A stretch of 63,221 bases of DNA from a virus (lineage: Duplodnaviria; Caudoviricetes). Position numbers and translations under genes: made by a program. The stretch is from positions 1 through 63,221 of the IMG/VR virus record IMGVR_UViG_3300022891_000003; one strand, 5' to 3'. The number at the start of each line of letters is the position of its first letter. Positions within the stretch are counted from its first letter, which is position 1. Under the pieces are notes generated by a model. The model was given only the letters and a program-made list of their open reading frames with translations, was not told where the DNA came from and did not search any database. This document shows, piece by piece, positions 46,482 to 56,593 of this stretch.

Positions 46482-46745
46482 ATGGCAGAGAACACCCTTT
46501 CGCCGGTAGGGTTCGATTCGAGCAAGATCGTGAAGACGCACTTGGATCCACAAGAGCGCTTCGCCATGGCGTGCATGTTCGGCAACACGCAGGACACGGT
46601 GCCGCAGGCTGCGTTCGTGCGATACGTGCTGACAGCTGGTATCGAAGCGCTTGGCTGGACCGAGGATCGCCGCATCAAGGAGTATGCCGCCTACCGGCTC
46701 AAGTGCCTGCGGGACGGCAAACCCAACCTGTTCGAGAGCGAGTAG
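46482..46745 (+). CDS. Small RHH-like DNA-binding protein (putative)
   Basis: GGAGG RBS; IVKTHL strand then helices ending AFVRYVL. Confidence 0.55.
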   Translation: MAENTLSPVGFDSSKIVKTHLDPQERFAMACMFGNTQDTVPQAAFVRYVLTAGIEALGWTEDRRIKEYAAYRLKCLRDGKPNLFESE

Positions 46746-46747
46746 CA

Positions 46748-49603
46748 ATGGTGCGTGGCGCAGGGTGGCGCGAGAAGTTCGCGCCGTGGCTCACGGGCCA
46801 GGAAGACGAGGACGGAGAGACGCGCGGCTACTGCCCGCTGCACGAGAACCCGGAGACAAGCCGAACACCCAGCGCCAGCTACAACTTCGGCCAGGGCAAG
46901 TTCATGTGCTTCAGTCGGTGCGGCGGGTACAGCGTTGCAGGGCTGGCCAAGATGGTGGACAACGGCGACATGCCAGAGCCCAAGCGACAGCAGGAGCCGC
47001 GCGATGAAGTTGCTGAGCGGCGCAAGCGTCGGCGCAAAGCGGATGGTGTGCAGAGTGCAGCGCTGCCCGACGAGCGCCAGATAGACGCGTGGGCGGCGGC
47101 CCTCGGTGGCAACCAGATCATGCTGCGGGACATTCTGGCCAAGCGTGGCCTCACCCGCAGTACTCTCCGCAAGTACAAGATCGGGTACGACGGAGAACGA
47201 ATCATCATCCCGGTACGGGACCCGCTGGGCCAGCTGGTGAACGTGCGCCGGTACGGCATGGGTCTCAAGGCGAACAAGATGCTGAACTGGCCAGGGTACG
47301 GGGACGCCACGCTGTGGGGCATGGACGCCCTGAAGATGAAGCGGGTGTTTCTGCAGGAGGGTGAACTGGATGCCTTGCTCCAGCGCCAGTACGGTTTCCC
47401 CTCCCTCTCTGCCACCGCAGGGGCGGGGACCTGGTTGCCCGAGTGGAACGTGCACTTCATCGGCAAGATCGTATACATCACATACGACGTGGACCAGCAG
47501 GGCGAGCAAGGCGCCCGCAAGGTGGCCAACCAACTCCGCGACGTGGCGGAGGCCGTGCACATCGTGAAGTTGCCGATGACGGTTACCGGCAGTGACCAGA
47601 CGGATTACTACGTCAACCAGGGCTACGGCAAGCAGAACTTTATCGATCTGTGTAAGACCACTCCGCCGTACCGCGAGCGCAAGCTGAGCCGAGGAAGGGC
47701 CATCAAGGAAGTGCCCGAGGTCCGGATGCGGGACAGCTTCGACCCGGCGCTGGTGGACACGCCCGTCAGCATGGTGGCCACCGTGAGCGGCCGTAGTGCC
47801 ACCCCAACCGTCCTCCCCCGCAGCTACGTGATGAACTGCGGACAGGACTGGCAGAAGCCGAAGTGCAGTGTGTGCCCGATGAACAACCGCTGGGGTGGGG
47901 AGCACAAGGGAGAGATCCCCAGCGACGATCGCGTACTCCTACAGATGATGGATATGCCAGATGACAAGCGCCGTGGCGAACTCCTACGTAGTCTGGAAGT
48001 CCCGGGTACCTGCCCGCGTGTCGAACTGCACCTGGAGAGTCAGTGGCGTGTTGACGAACTCGCCGTGGTGCCTAACATCGACGACCCGGAAGACAGCGAT
48101 GGTGACCAGGTCCTCCGGCGTATCTTCAACGTCACCGAACACGGAAAGCTGACTCCGGTCAACACGACGGCGCGGCTTACCGGCGTGAGCACGCCGAACC
48201 CGAAGAGCGGGCAGGTGGTGTTCCAGGCGTGGAATTTCGAGGAGACCAAGACTAGCCTGGACCGATTCGAAATGACGGAGGAGTTGCGTGCTGCTCTGGA
48301 GGATGTCTTTCAGCCCGGACCCGAGCAGTCCCCAATGGATAAGCTGCAAGAGCTGGCTCGGGACCTGGCTGCCAACGTCACCCACATTTACGGGCGACCC
48401 GAGCTCCACATCGCGTACGACCTCGTTTGGCACTCGGTCCTGGACTTCGGCTTCCGGGGTAACCGTATCGGTAAGGGTTGGCTCGAGCTGCTCGTCATGG
48501 GTGACACCCGAACGGGTAAGAGTGAGGCGGCAGAACGGCTCCGGCATCACTATCAGTGTGGGGTCCTCAAGAGCTGCGAAGGGGCCACCCTTGCTGGCCT
48601 GGTCGGCGGCGCGCAGCAGATTGGCAACAGTTGGGTTATCACCTGGGGAACAATCCCCCTTCAGGATAGAAGGCTGGTGATCCTGGATGAAGTATCCGGC
48701 ATGAGCGACCGCAACATCATCGAACAAATGAGTGCAGTACGCAGCTCCGGTCGCGCCCAGGTCAGCAAAATTGTCAGCCAGGAAACCTTCGCCCGAACTC
48801 GCACCATCTGGATCAGCAACCCAGTTGATGGCCGCCCAATACAAGCGACGAACAATGGGGCCATCGACGCCATCGGCAAACTTATTACGAACCCGGAAGA
48901 CATTGCTCGTTTCGACTTTGCTCTCGTTGCCGCACAGGAAGACGTAGATAGCAGTGTCATCAACAGTGCCCGACCACCCCGAGCCCATCATCGAGCTACC
49001 CGTGAGCTCTCTTCCGCACTTGTCACGTGGGCCTGGTCGCGTCGTCCGGATCAGGTTCACTGGGGCAAAGGAGTCGAGCGCCACGTCCTCGCCACTGCCG
49101 AAGCCCTCGGAAGACGCTACATCGCTGATCCACCGCTGGTTCAACCGGAGAACGTAAGGATCAAGCTGGCCCGGCTGGCCGTCGCGGTAGCTACCCGCCT
49201 GTTCAGCCACGACGGCAAGGGCGAGGGCGTCGTCGTGTTGAACGAGCACGTTGATGCGGCCGTCCAATTGCTCGACGAGGTGTATGGCAAGCGCTGGTTC
49301 GGCTACGCTGACCATAGCAAGAAGGAGATCAAGGCCAGAGAGAACGCACGCCGCTACGAGGTGGAGTGCCGCAACTATCTGGCTGGGCATGAAGGTGTTC
49401 TCAGCACGCTGCGTACTGCCATCAACGACAGTCAGTTCCGAGCCCGGGACTTCCAGGAGTTCGGCGGTATGGAGCAGGACACTGCGACGCATGCCGTGGG
49501 GCAACTGTTGCGCATGGGCATGGTTCGTAGGCGCAGCAAGGGCTACATCAACATGACCCCGGAGCTAATTCGCATCGTTCGGGATATGGAGGATGATCAG
49601 TGA
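46748..49603 (+). CDS. Primase-helicase: Zn finger + TOPRIM + MCM-like AAA+
   Basis: CPLHE...CFSRC; EGELD, YDVD; GDTRTGKS, AGLVGG, VILDE, ARFD. Confidence 0.88.
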   Translation: MVRGAGWREKFAPWLTGQEDEDGETRGYCPLHENPETSRTPSASYNFGQGKFMCFSRCGGYSVAGLAKMVDNGDMPEPKRQQEPRDEVAERRKRRRKADGVQSAALPDERQIDAWAAALGGNQIMLRDILAKRGLTRSTLRKYKIGYDGERIIIPVRDPLGQLVNVRRYGMGLKANKMLNWPGYGDATLWGMDALKMKRVFLQEGELDALLQRQYGFPSLSATAGAGTWLPEWNVHFIGKIVYITYDVDQQGEQGARKVANQLRDVAEAVHIVKLPMTVTGSDQTDYYVNQGYGKQNFIDLCKTTPPYRERKLSRGRAIKEVPEVRMRDSFDPALVDTPVSMVATVSGRSATPTVLPRSYVMNCGQDWQKPKCSVCPMNNRWGGEHKGEIPSDDRVLLQMMDMPDDKRRGELLRSLEVPGTCPRVELHLESQWRVDELAVVPNIDDPEDSDGDQVLRRIFNVTEHGKLTPVNTTARLTGVSTPNPKSGQVVFQAWNFEETKTSLDRFEMTEELRAALEDVFQPGPEQSPMDKLQELARDLAANVTHIYGRPELHIAYDLVWHSVLDFGFRGNRIGKGWLELLVMGDTRTGKSEAAERLRHHYQCGVLKSCEGATLAGLVGGAQQIGNSWVITWGTIPLQDRRLVILDEVSGMSDRNIIEQMSAVRSSGRAQVSKIVSQETFARTRTIWISNPVDGRPIQATNNGAIDAIGKLITNPEDIARFDFALVAAQEDVDSSVINSARPPRAHHRATRELSSALVTWAWSRRPDQVHWGKGVERHVLATAEALGRRYIADPPLVQPENVRIKLARLAVAVATRLFSHDGKGEGVVVLNEHVDAAVQLLDEVYGKRWFGYADHSKKEIKARENARRYEVECRNYLAGHEGVLSTLRTAINDSQFRARDFQEFGGMEQDTATHAVGQLLRMGMVRRRSKGYINMTPELIRIVRDMEDDQ

Positions 49604-49779
49604 GTCACATAGGCAACTGGATCGCCGTTCGTGGCCGAGCGACGGGGCGGCGCATCAAGGTGACAGAGGTAACCGAAGACGGGACCGTGAAGTTTCGCTA
49701 TCCCTATAACGGCGGCAACCAGACCTCCAAGATGAGCCTGGAGGCCCTGGTCAAACTATACGAGAGAGACCCCGAATGA
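49600..49779 (+). CDS. Hypothetical protein
   Basis: GGAGG RBS; coupled both sides. Confidence 0.5.
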   Translation: MSHIGNWIAVRGRATGRRIKVTEVTEDGTVKFRYPYNGGNQTSKMSLEALVKLYERDPE

Positions 49780-50612
49780 TGTTCAAGAAGCGCGTGGTGG
49801 TGTTCGGTGCTGGTCCGGCCGGGCTGATTGCGGCTCAGGCTGCGGAGGACGCGGGGCGGGAGGTGTTCTTGTTTACCGCCCCTGACGCACGCGGCAACCC
49901 TCGCAAGAGCGAACTGCATGGGTGTCAGTACCTGCACGCCCCCATCCCTCGGTTCAGCCGGGATGCCAGCGGTCCGCAACGCTTGGTCAGGTACCACCTT
50001 AAGGGGTCTTCCGAGGACTACCGCCGCAAGGTGTACGGCGAAAACTGGGACGGAGAAGTTAGCCCCGACGAGTACGGCCCCGAACAGGACCATTACGCCT
50101 GGGACTTGCGGGACACCTACGACCGGCTGTGGGGGGCATGGTTCTCTCGTATTACGGCCATGGATTTGAACCCACGCATGGCCGGTAGGCTCAGCGAGGT
50201 TCGCGGGCAGATCTCTCTGTGTACCGTCCCCGCTCCGGCGCTGTGCCTGCACCCCGACGAGCACAAGTTCGTGAGCCAAGGCATCTGGGCCATGGGCAGC
50301 CGCGTACCGTCGGGCAACGAGACCCCGGAGAACTACCTCCCGTACCGTGCGCCGGACATGACGGTGGAGTGCAACGCGGAGGTGGCGCCGCGCTGGTACC
50401 GAGCGGCCACGGTGTTCGGTCACAGCACCATCGAATGGCCTGCTGGCCCCAAGCCACCCATCAGCGGCGTCGTGGCTGTCAACAAGCCGCTCAGCACCGA
50501 TTGCACGTGCCACGGGCGGCCGACCTGGCACCGCATCGGGCGGTACGGGGAGTGGCGCAAGGGCGTGCTCACGCATTCGGTCTACGAGCGGGTTAGGGGG
50601 CTGCTGAAGTGA
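49776..50612 (+). CDS. FAD-dependent oxidoreductase
   Basis: VVVFGAGPAGLIAA Rossmann motif; IGRYGEW C-terminus. Confidence 0.75.
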   Translation: MMFKKRVVVFGAGPAGLIAAQAAEDAGREVFLFTAPDARGNPRKSELHGCQYLHAPIPRFSRDASGPQRLVRYHLKGSSEDYRRKVYGENWDGEVSPDEYGPEQDHYAWDLRDTYDRLWGAWFSRITAMDLNPRMAGRLSEVRGQISLCTVPAPALCLHPDEHKFVSQGIWAMGSRVPSGNETPENYLPYRAPDMTVECNAEVAPRWYRAATVFGHSTIEWPAGPKPPISGVVAVNKPLSTDCTCHGRPTWHRIGRYGEWRKGVLTHSVYERVRGLLK

Positions 50613-50867
50613 AGGCCCGTAACGTAGACCGCATCATCCTTACGCTCATCGCCGTCGGGCTCATCGGCGGTATGACGTACGTGGTGGTGACCAGGTGAAG
50701 GCGTGGGAGCTTAAGACCGGCCAGCGCATCCGGCACAGCGTCGAGGTGGTTTACTTGAAGACCATCAGTCACACCATGGGTAACATCATCCACGTTACTG
50801 CTCGCCGACCGAACGGGGAGTTGATCAACCTCCAGCTCCTTCGCGAGTGGGACGTGGAGGTCGTGCA

Positions 50868-51506
50868 ATGAAGCCGGTCGTGGCGCTGGACATCGACGGT
50901 ACCCTGCTGGACTACCACGCGCACTTCACGCGGTTCGCCAACCAGTACTTCGATATCCGGGTGGACCCGAACGGATACGACGCCCGGTTGCCGTTCTACA
51001 AGTACCTGGGTGTGAGCAAGACCAGCTACCGCAAGTGCAAGCTCGCGTACCGGCGCGGTCAGCTCAAGCGCAGCCTACCAACCCTCCCCCTCCCCTATCC
51101 GCAGGCGAGCGAGCTAACGCGCCAGCTCCGCCGGTGGGGGTGCGACATCTGGCTGTGCACCACGCGGCCGTACTTGAGCCACGACGAGGTTGACGACGCC
51201 ACGCGCCACAACCTGCGCCGAAATGGAGTGCAGTACCAGGGCCTGATCTGGGGCGAGCACAAGTACCGTGAACTAGTGCGCACAGTGGGTGGTGACAGAG
51301 TGGCCGCAGTGCTCGACGACCTGCCGGAGATGTGTAGGCAGGCGGAGGCGCTGGGGTTGCCGGTGGGCTTCGCTCTACGGGCGCACAACGAACGGCAGTA
51401 CCGGACGGACATTGCGAACGTGTGGCCGCCGGTACGCACGCACGATGAAACTCTCGAATGGCTGCGCAAGCGGCTCGACATATGGAAGGCAGAGCAGCAG
51501 CGATGA
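50868..51506 (+). CDS. HAD-family 5'-nucleotidase-like phosphatase
   Basis: ALDIDGTL, TTRP, K, VLDD. Confidence 0.8.
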   Translation: MKPVVALDIDGTLLDYHAHFTRFANQYFDIRVDPNGYDARLPFYKYLGVSKTSYRKCKLAYRRGQLKRSLPTLPLPYPQASELTRQLRRWGCDIWLCTTRPYLSHDEVDDATRHNLRRNGVQYQGLIWGEHKYRELVRTVGGDRVAAVLDDLPEMCRQAEALGLPVGFALRAHNERQYRTDIANVWPPVRTHDETLEWLRKRLDIWKAEQQR

Positions 51507-51925
51507 CTATGGAAGAGCTGTTTCAGAACAACGGCTACCGCACTGACCTGGTCGGCCCGGAGGAGCGCTACGTCAGCACCGACGAGCGGGGGCGTAGTGT
51601 CATTGGGCCGCGTCGTCATGGGCACCGACCCCGGCGTGGCTGGTGGCGCAATAAGCACACAAAGCAGACCAAGAAAGCGGGAACAGCCGTGCACGACGAC
51701 ACCACCATCGTTATCATCGACCGGAAGGGCGTGGAGGTGGCCCAGCAGGAGCCCGGGCTCAAGGGGTGGGCCGCACACCAGAAGAAGGTGTGGCTGAGCC
51801 GGTTCTACGACGCCGGTTGGCACAAGGCCGTGCAGCACACGGCCGTCGACGTCCTCCTGTGGGCTGCGGGGCTCAGCATGGCCGCCGTCATGCTCAAGGG
51901 CGCCTGGTGGATCGTGACGCTGTGA
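51503..51925 (+). CDS. Hypothetical protein with C-terminal TM
   Basis: Coupled ORF. Confidence 0.5.
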   Translation: MTMEELFQNNGYRTDLVGPEERYVSTDERGRSVIGPRRHGHRPRRGWWRNKHTKQTKKAGTAVHDDTTIVIIDRKGVEVAQQEPGLKGWAAHQKKVWLSRFYDAGWHKAVQHTAVDVLLWAAGLSMAAVMLKGAWWIVTL

Positions 51926-52404
51926 AGACTCACGGGTTCGTAGGTAGCGGCCCTGGCTTCAAGTGCCGATACGTCGGCCCCGAAGACACCGACCGAGTGT
52001 GCGGCTTGCAGGTTGCAGACCCCATCCACAATGTGATGCCGATCCAGAAGTCTTCCCCCTTCCCCGACCCCATTTTGGTTAGCGGCCAGGAGCCGCAGCA
52101 CTGGCCCGGCAGCGCCGAGGCTGTCTGGGCGGCACACAGCGCGCTGGTGGCCGACAAGCTCACTAAGAAGAGGGCCTACGGTGATGCCTGGATGCGCCAG
52201 GGTTACATGGGCAACCTGGCCCGCATCATGAGCAAGGCGGCTCGCCTGGAGAACATGCTGTGGCGGGATCAGGTGCAAGGGCTGGATTTCGACATCTCCC
52301 AGGACGGCGACCAGGAGTCGGTCATGGACACGCTGATCGACCTGTCGGCCATGTGCTCCCTCATGATCGCAAACCTTGAGGACGGTAACCGGTGGGGCAG
52401 ATAG
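51922..52404 (+). CDS. Nucleotide-modification-associated / MazG-like helical protein with N-terminal Zn module
   Basis: K..AYGDAW...G....I..K..RL...ES..DTL.DL. Confidence 0.65.
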   Translation: MKTHGFVGSGPGFKCRYVGPEDTDRVCGLQVADPIHNVMPIQKSSPFPDPILVSGQEPQHWPGSAEAVWAAHSALVADKLTKKRAYGDAWMRQGYMGNLARIMSKAARLENMLWRDQVQGLDFDISQDGDQESVMDTLIDLSAMCSLMIANLEDGNRWGR

Positions 52405-52982
52405 GGCACAGCGAACCCGGTCGGCGGATTATGCTGCGGCGGCTGTACGCCCGGTACGCGGCCGACAGCACATTGGCCGGAGTGCGCAACGAGGCCAAGG
52501 GCGTGCTCGTGCCGGGGGATGGCCCGATGTACCCACGGCTGATGTTCGTGGGAGAGGCACCCGGCGCGCGGGAGGCCGCACTGCGTAAGCCGTTCGTCGG
52601 AGCCAGCGGTAACTTCCTCAACGAGCTACTGGAGTCCGTCGGGCTTAACCGCACCGAGATCTACATCACGAACGTCGTCAAGTACCGGCCGCACCTGAAC
52701 AGGGACCCAACGGACGCCGAGGTGCACGCGGGCATCCCGTACCTCCGCCGAGAGCACCGCATCATCGGTAGGCCGCCGATGGTGATGCTGGGCAAGCATG
52801 CGCGCAAGACCGTAGAGGAGGAATACCGCCTGCCGATGGGCCTCACTGTTGGCGAGTGGTTCACCCTGAAGGACGGCACGCACGTACTTCCGCTCTACCA
52901 TCCGGCCTACGGCATCTACCAGCGCAGCAACCGACCGCTTATGTTCGAACAGTTCAAGAAGGTGCTCGATGCTCCTGAGTGA
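52392..52982 (+). CDS. Uracil-DNA glycosylase family 4-like protein
   Basis: FVGEAPG..E...PFVG.SG, YITNVVK.RP..NR.P, LYHPA. Confidence 0.85.
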   Translation: MGQIGHSEPGRRIMLRRLYARYAADSTLAGVRNEAKGVLVPGDGPMYPRLMFVGEAPGAREAALRKPFVGASGNFLNELLESVGLNRTEIYITNVVKYRPHLNRDPTDAEVHAGIPYLRREHRIIGRPPMVMLGKHARKTVEEEYRLPMGLTVGEWFTLKDGTHVLPLYHPAYGIYQRSNRPLMFEQFKKVLDAPE

Positions 52983-53475
52983 CCGCACCATCGCCAGCCT
53001 GCTGGACAGCGGCGACATCAAGATCGTACCCGCTCCGACTAACGAACAGATTCAGCCCATCAGTCTGGACCTCAAGCTCGGCAACAGCTTCGCTCTGCAA
53101 ACGCCGGAGCCTGGGCAGTGGCACCGGTTCATCGGTGCACACACCGTCGTGCGGCCCGGGGAGTTCCTGCTGGCGTGCACGGAAGAGCGCATTACGCTAC
53201 CGGCGCACATCGCGGGCTTCGTGCACGGCAAGAGCACCTGGGCGCGTAAGGGCCTGATGGTAGAGGCGGCTGGCCTGGTGGACCCGGGCTTCGACGGCAC
53301 CATCACTCTCGAGCTCAAGAACCTGAGCCACCACCCCCTCCCCCTCGTCGCAGGGCGGGCCATCTGCCAGCTCAGCTTGCACGCGGTAGACACTGCCGTC
53401 GTGCGGCCGTACGGCTCGGCCGGACTGGGCTCGAGGTACCAGAACCAGGTGCGCGCGGAGCCGCCCCGTGCGTAA
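52969..53475 (+). CDS. dcd: dCTP deaminase
   Basis: MLLSD, QPISLDL, GKSTWARKGL, VDPGFDG.ITLE, ICQL, YQNQ. Confidence 0.88.
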   Translation: MLLSDRTIASLLDSGDIKIVPAPTNEQIQPISLDLKLGNSFALQTPEPGQWHRFIGAHTVVRPGEFLLACTEERITLPAHIAGFVHGKSTWARKGLMVEAAGLVDPGFDGTITLELKNLSHHPLPLVAGRAICQLSLHAVDTAVVRPYGSAGLGSRYQNQVRAEPPRA

Positions 53476-56400
53476 GCGCGCTGAGCTGCACGCGCACACC
53501 ACGTTCAGCCCGGGCGACGGGTATGCCATGCCGCAAGCGCACTTCGAGGCGTGCGCAGAGCTCGGCATTACGGCGCGTGCCCTCACCGAGCATGGGAACG
53601 TGAGCAGCCATGCAAACGCGGAGCGCGCAGCGGCCAAGGTCGGCGTGAAGGACATCAAGGGCTGCGAGCTCTACTGCGAGACCGAGGATGAACGGGGCCA
53701 GCTAAAGCACCACCTGACTGTACTCGCCATGAACGACACCGGCCTGCGCAACCTCTATGAGGTGGTGACGAAGAGCTGGGACAACTTCCGATACAAGCCA
53801 ACCACCACTGGCGAGATGCTGGCCGAGCACAACGATGGTCTCATCGTGCTGTCGGGCTGCCTCGGCGGCCGGTTGGCTACTGCGGTGATGGGAGGGAAGG
53901 GTGGGGAAGAACACGCGGCGGACCTGGAGGCGGGCTCTCGAGTTGCGGGGCAGTTCCGAGAGGTATTCGGTGACCGATACTATCTGGAGGTGCAGGCGCA
54001 CCCACTGCTCGAAAAGCAGCGTGCGTACAATCGTGCAGTGGCACGTATTGGCCAACGAATGCGTATACCACTCGTGGCAACCGGTGACGTGCATTACCCG
54101 ACGGAGGATGACCAGGACATCTACCCCATCCTCCACGCTATCGACCGGGGCGGCTCGCGCAACACGGTTGAGGCGCAGGCGCAGAGCTGGGAGTACGGTC
54201 TGGTACTTGCGCACCAGTCAGCTGACGCTGTATATGAGGGGCTCAGAGAAACTGGCCTACGCAGCTCGGTGGCGGATAGCGCTATTGAAACCAGCCTCGA
54301 GATATCGGACCGTTGCAACGTCACTCTCCCGAAGCTCAAGGACCTGGTGTTCCCCGGGGAGGCACCGAGCCGGGAGCTGTTCATGCAATGGCTCCGGGAG
54401 GGTTGGCGGTACCGGGGGCTGAACCGGCTTACCGGGGCTACCCGCAAGGCGTACCTGGCTCGTCTGAAGTATGAGACAGAACTCATTCTGTCGAAGGGCT
54501 TCACCGACTACTTCTTGGTCATCAGCGAGATGGTGAAGTGGTCCAAGCAGCACGGCATCCCCGTCGGCCCGGCGCGCGGCTCGGCCGCTGCGTCGCTGGC
54601 GTGCTGGCTGCTGCGCATCACCGAGGTCAACCCAATGCTGTTCCCCAACCTCATCTTCGAGCGGTTCATTGACATCAATCGGCACGACCTGCCGGACGTT
54701 GACCTTGACTTCGACGACGAGCTGCGGCACAAGGTGCGCGAGCATCTGGTAGAGCTGTACGGCGCAGAGCGCGTGGGTAACATCGGAACGTTCACCATGT
54801 ACCGGGGCAAGAACAGTCTAGAGGACGTGGCCCGGGTGTTCAACATCCCGAAGACTGCGGTGGAGGAGGTGAAGGGAGGGCTGCTGGAGCGTTCTTCGGG
54901 TGACCTGCGGTACGGCCAAACCATCGAGGACTCCCGCGCGTTGTTCCCCAAGGTCGAGGCGGTGTTCACCAAGTACCCCGACCTCAACCACTCACAGCGG
55001 CTCGAGGGCAACGTCAAGGGCTTCAGCGTGCATGCGGCCGGGCTGGTGGTGGCCAACGGCTCGCTGACCGAGAACCTGGCGGTGTACAAGCGCGTTGACC
55101 CGAAGGGCAACGTCATCGGCGAGGTGCTCAGCATTGACAAGTACGACGCTGAGTACTTGAACGTTTTGAAGATCGATGCGCTGGGCCTGACCACCATGGG
55201 CCTCATCCGACGGGCGCTGAACTACATCGGAATGACGCTGGAGGATTTGTATGCTGTCCCGCTGGATGACGAGAAGGTCTACGAAGGTTTCCGGCGGAAT
55301 GAGGTCATTGGCATCTTTCAGTTTGATGGGCGTGCCATGCGTTCTGTCAACCGAGAAGTCAAGCCGGACACGTTCGCAGAGGTCTGTGACATTAACGCTT
55401 TGGCTCGGCCCGGTCCGCTGCACTCTGGAGCGGCTGCCGAGTACATCATGGCCAAGCACAAGAAGAAGATGGTGGAGAAGCTCCACCCCATCGTGACCGC
55501 CATCACCGCGCACACCAACGGGCAGATCGTTTACCAGGAGCAGATCCTGCGGGTAGTGCGGGAGCTCGGCGGGTTCACGTGGGAAGAGGCCGCCCTGGTC
55601 CGCAAGCTCATCAGCAAGAAGCAGGGCGAGCAGGCGTTCAACCGGCTCATGGGCAAGTTCCTCGAGGGCTCCCGGGCCAAGGGCGTCAAGGACGCGGTGG
55701 CGGCCAAGGTGTGGAAGCAAATCGTGACCGCTGGCGCGTACGCCTTCAACGCCGCGCACTGTGTCTCGTACGGGATGCTGGCCTACTGGACCATGTGGCT
55801 AAAGCAGAATCATCCGCTGGCCTTCTACGCGGCAGCCCTGGCCAAGTACAAGGACGAGGACAAGGTGCTGGACATCCTGAAGGAGGTGACCGGCAAAGGT
55901 ATCCGTGTACTCCCGCCGCACCCCGAGCTCTCGCATCTCACGTGGAGCATCGAAGGCGACGCCCTGCGGGCTGGCCTGGTGCAGGTGAAGGGCATCGGCG
56001 AGAAGACGGCCGAGCTGATGCTGGCACATCGCGATGCATGCGGACCACACAGTATGATCGACTGGGCCGACTACACCGCCGTCAAGGGTATCGGCCCGAA
56101 GACCATGGAGACGGTGCAGGAGTTCTGCGCCAAGGAAGACCCGTTCGGTATCCACCAGCTGCGTCGGTCGCTGGATCGCATGCGCTGGTGGATCAAGGAG
56201 AAGGGGGCCAAGTTTGACCTCCCCTACCCTTCCTCCCGCAGTGAGGACATCCCCTACGAAGCCATCCGGGGCGAGCACGTCTGGCTGGGCCGCATCGTGC
56301 ACCGCAACCTGAAGGACATCTACGAGCTGCACCGCTCGCGGACCGGCGAGGAGCTGGACCCCAAGAAGGTCAAGGAGCCGCAGTACGTCAACTACGCCGT

Positions 56401-56593
56401 GCTAGTTGGCGAAGATGAGACCGGTCCGTTGACCATCACGGTGCACCGGTACGGCGGGTTATACGAAAAGTTCAAGGACGACATCTGGGACATCGACCAA
56501 GATAAGGACCTGGTTCTGGTTCGCGGCTACAAGCGGGCCGAGTACCGCCGAGCCATCTATGCCACCGAGCTACACGTACTGACGGGAGAATGA
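53468..56593 (+). CDS. dnaE: DNA polymerase III alpha subunit
   Basis: PHP LHAHTTFS, ARGSAA, PDVDLD, HAAG, KIDALGL, YAFN..H. Confidence 0.95.
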   Translation: MRKRAELHAHTTFSPGDGYAMPQAHFEACAELGITARALTEHGNVSSHANAERAAAKVGVKDIKGCELYCETEDERGQLKHHLTVLAMNDTGLRNLYEVVTKSWDNFRYKPTTTGEMLAEHNDGLIVLSGCLGGRLATAVMGGKGGEEHAADLEAGSRVAGQFREVFGDRYYLEVQAHPLLEKQRAYNRAVARIGQRMRIPLVATGDVHYPTEDDQDIYPILHAIDRGGSRNTVEAQAQSWEYGLVLAHQSADAVYEGLRETGLRSSVADSAIETSLEISDRCNVTLPKLKDLVFPGEAPSRELFMQWLREGWRYRGLNRLTGATRKAYLARLKYETELILSKGFTDYFLVISEMVKWSKQHGIPVGPARGSAAASLACWLLRITEVNPMLFPNLIFERFIDINRHDLPDVDLDFDDELRHKVREHLVELYGAERVGNIGTFTMYRGKNSLEDVARVFNIPKTAVEEVKGGLLERSSGDLRYGQTIEDSRALFPKVEAVFTKYPDLNHSQRLEGNVKGFSVHAAGLVVANGSLTENLAVYKRVDPKGNVIGEVLSIDKYDAEYLNVLKIDALGLTTMGLIRRALNYIGMTLEDLYAVPLDDEKVYEGFRRNEVIGIFQFDGRAMRSVNREVKPDTFAEVCDINALARPGPLHSGAAAEYIMAKHKKKMVEKLHPIVTAITAHTNGQIVYQEQILRVVRELGGFTWEEAALVRKLISKKQGEQAFNRLMGKFLEGSRAKGVKDAVAAKVWKQIVTAGAYAFNAAHCVSYGMLAYWTMWLKQNHPLAFYAAALAKYKDEDKVLDILKEVTGKGIRVLPPHPELSHLTWSIEGDALRAGLVQVKGIGEKTAELMLAHRDACGPHSMIDWADYTAVKGIGPKTMETVQEFCAKEDPFGIHQLRRSLDRMRWWIKEKGAKFDLPYPSSRSEDIPYEAIRGEHVWLGRIVHRNLKDIYELHRSRTGEELDPKKVKEPQYVNYAVLVGEDETGPLTITVHRYGGLYEKFKDDIWDIDQDKDLVLVRGYKRAEYRRAIYATELHVLTGE

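Noticed and set aside
4007-56332. Many long minus-strand and alternate-frame ORFs in the ORF track (e.g. 21693-23249, 47984-49504, 14985-16358)
   Set aside because: Shadows of high-GC + strand genes; no RBS or recognisable motifs, and they fully overlap well-supported genes
56459-56461. In-frame TTA codon in dnaE (also 45841) as bldA-type control
   Set aside because: Isolated occurrences, not counted systematically, and host genus unknown; insufficient support
53468-56593. Inteins or introns in DnaE, terminase or helicases
   Set aside because: Lengths are ordinary and no intein splice-junction or homing endonuclease motifs were seen
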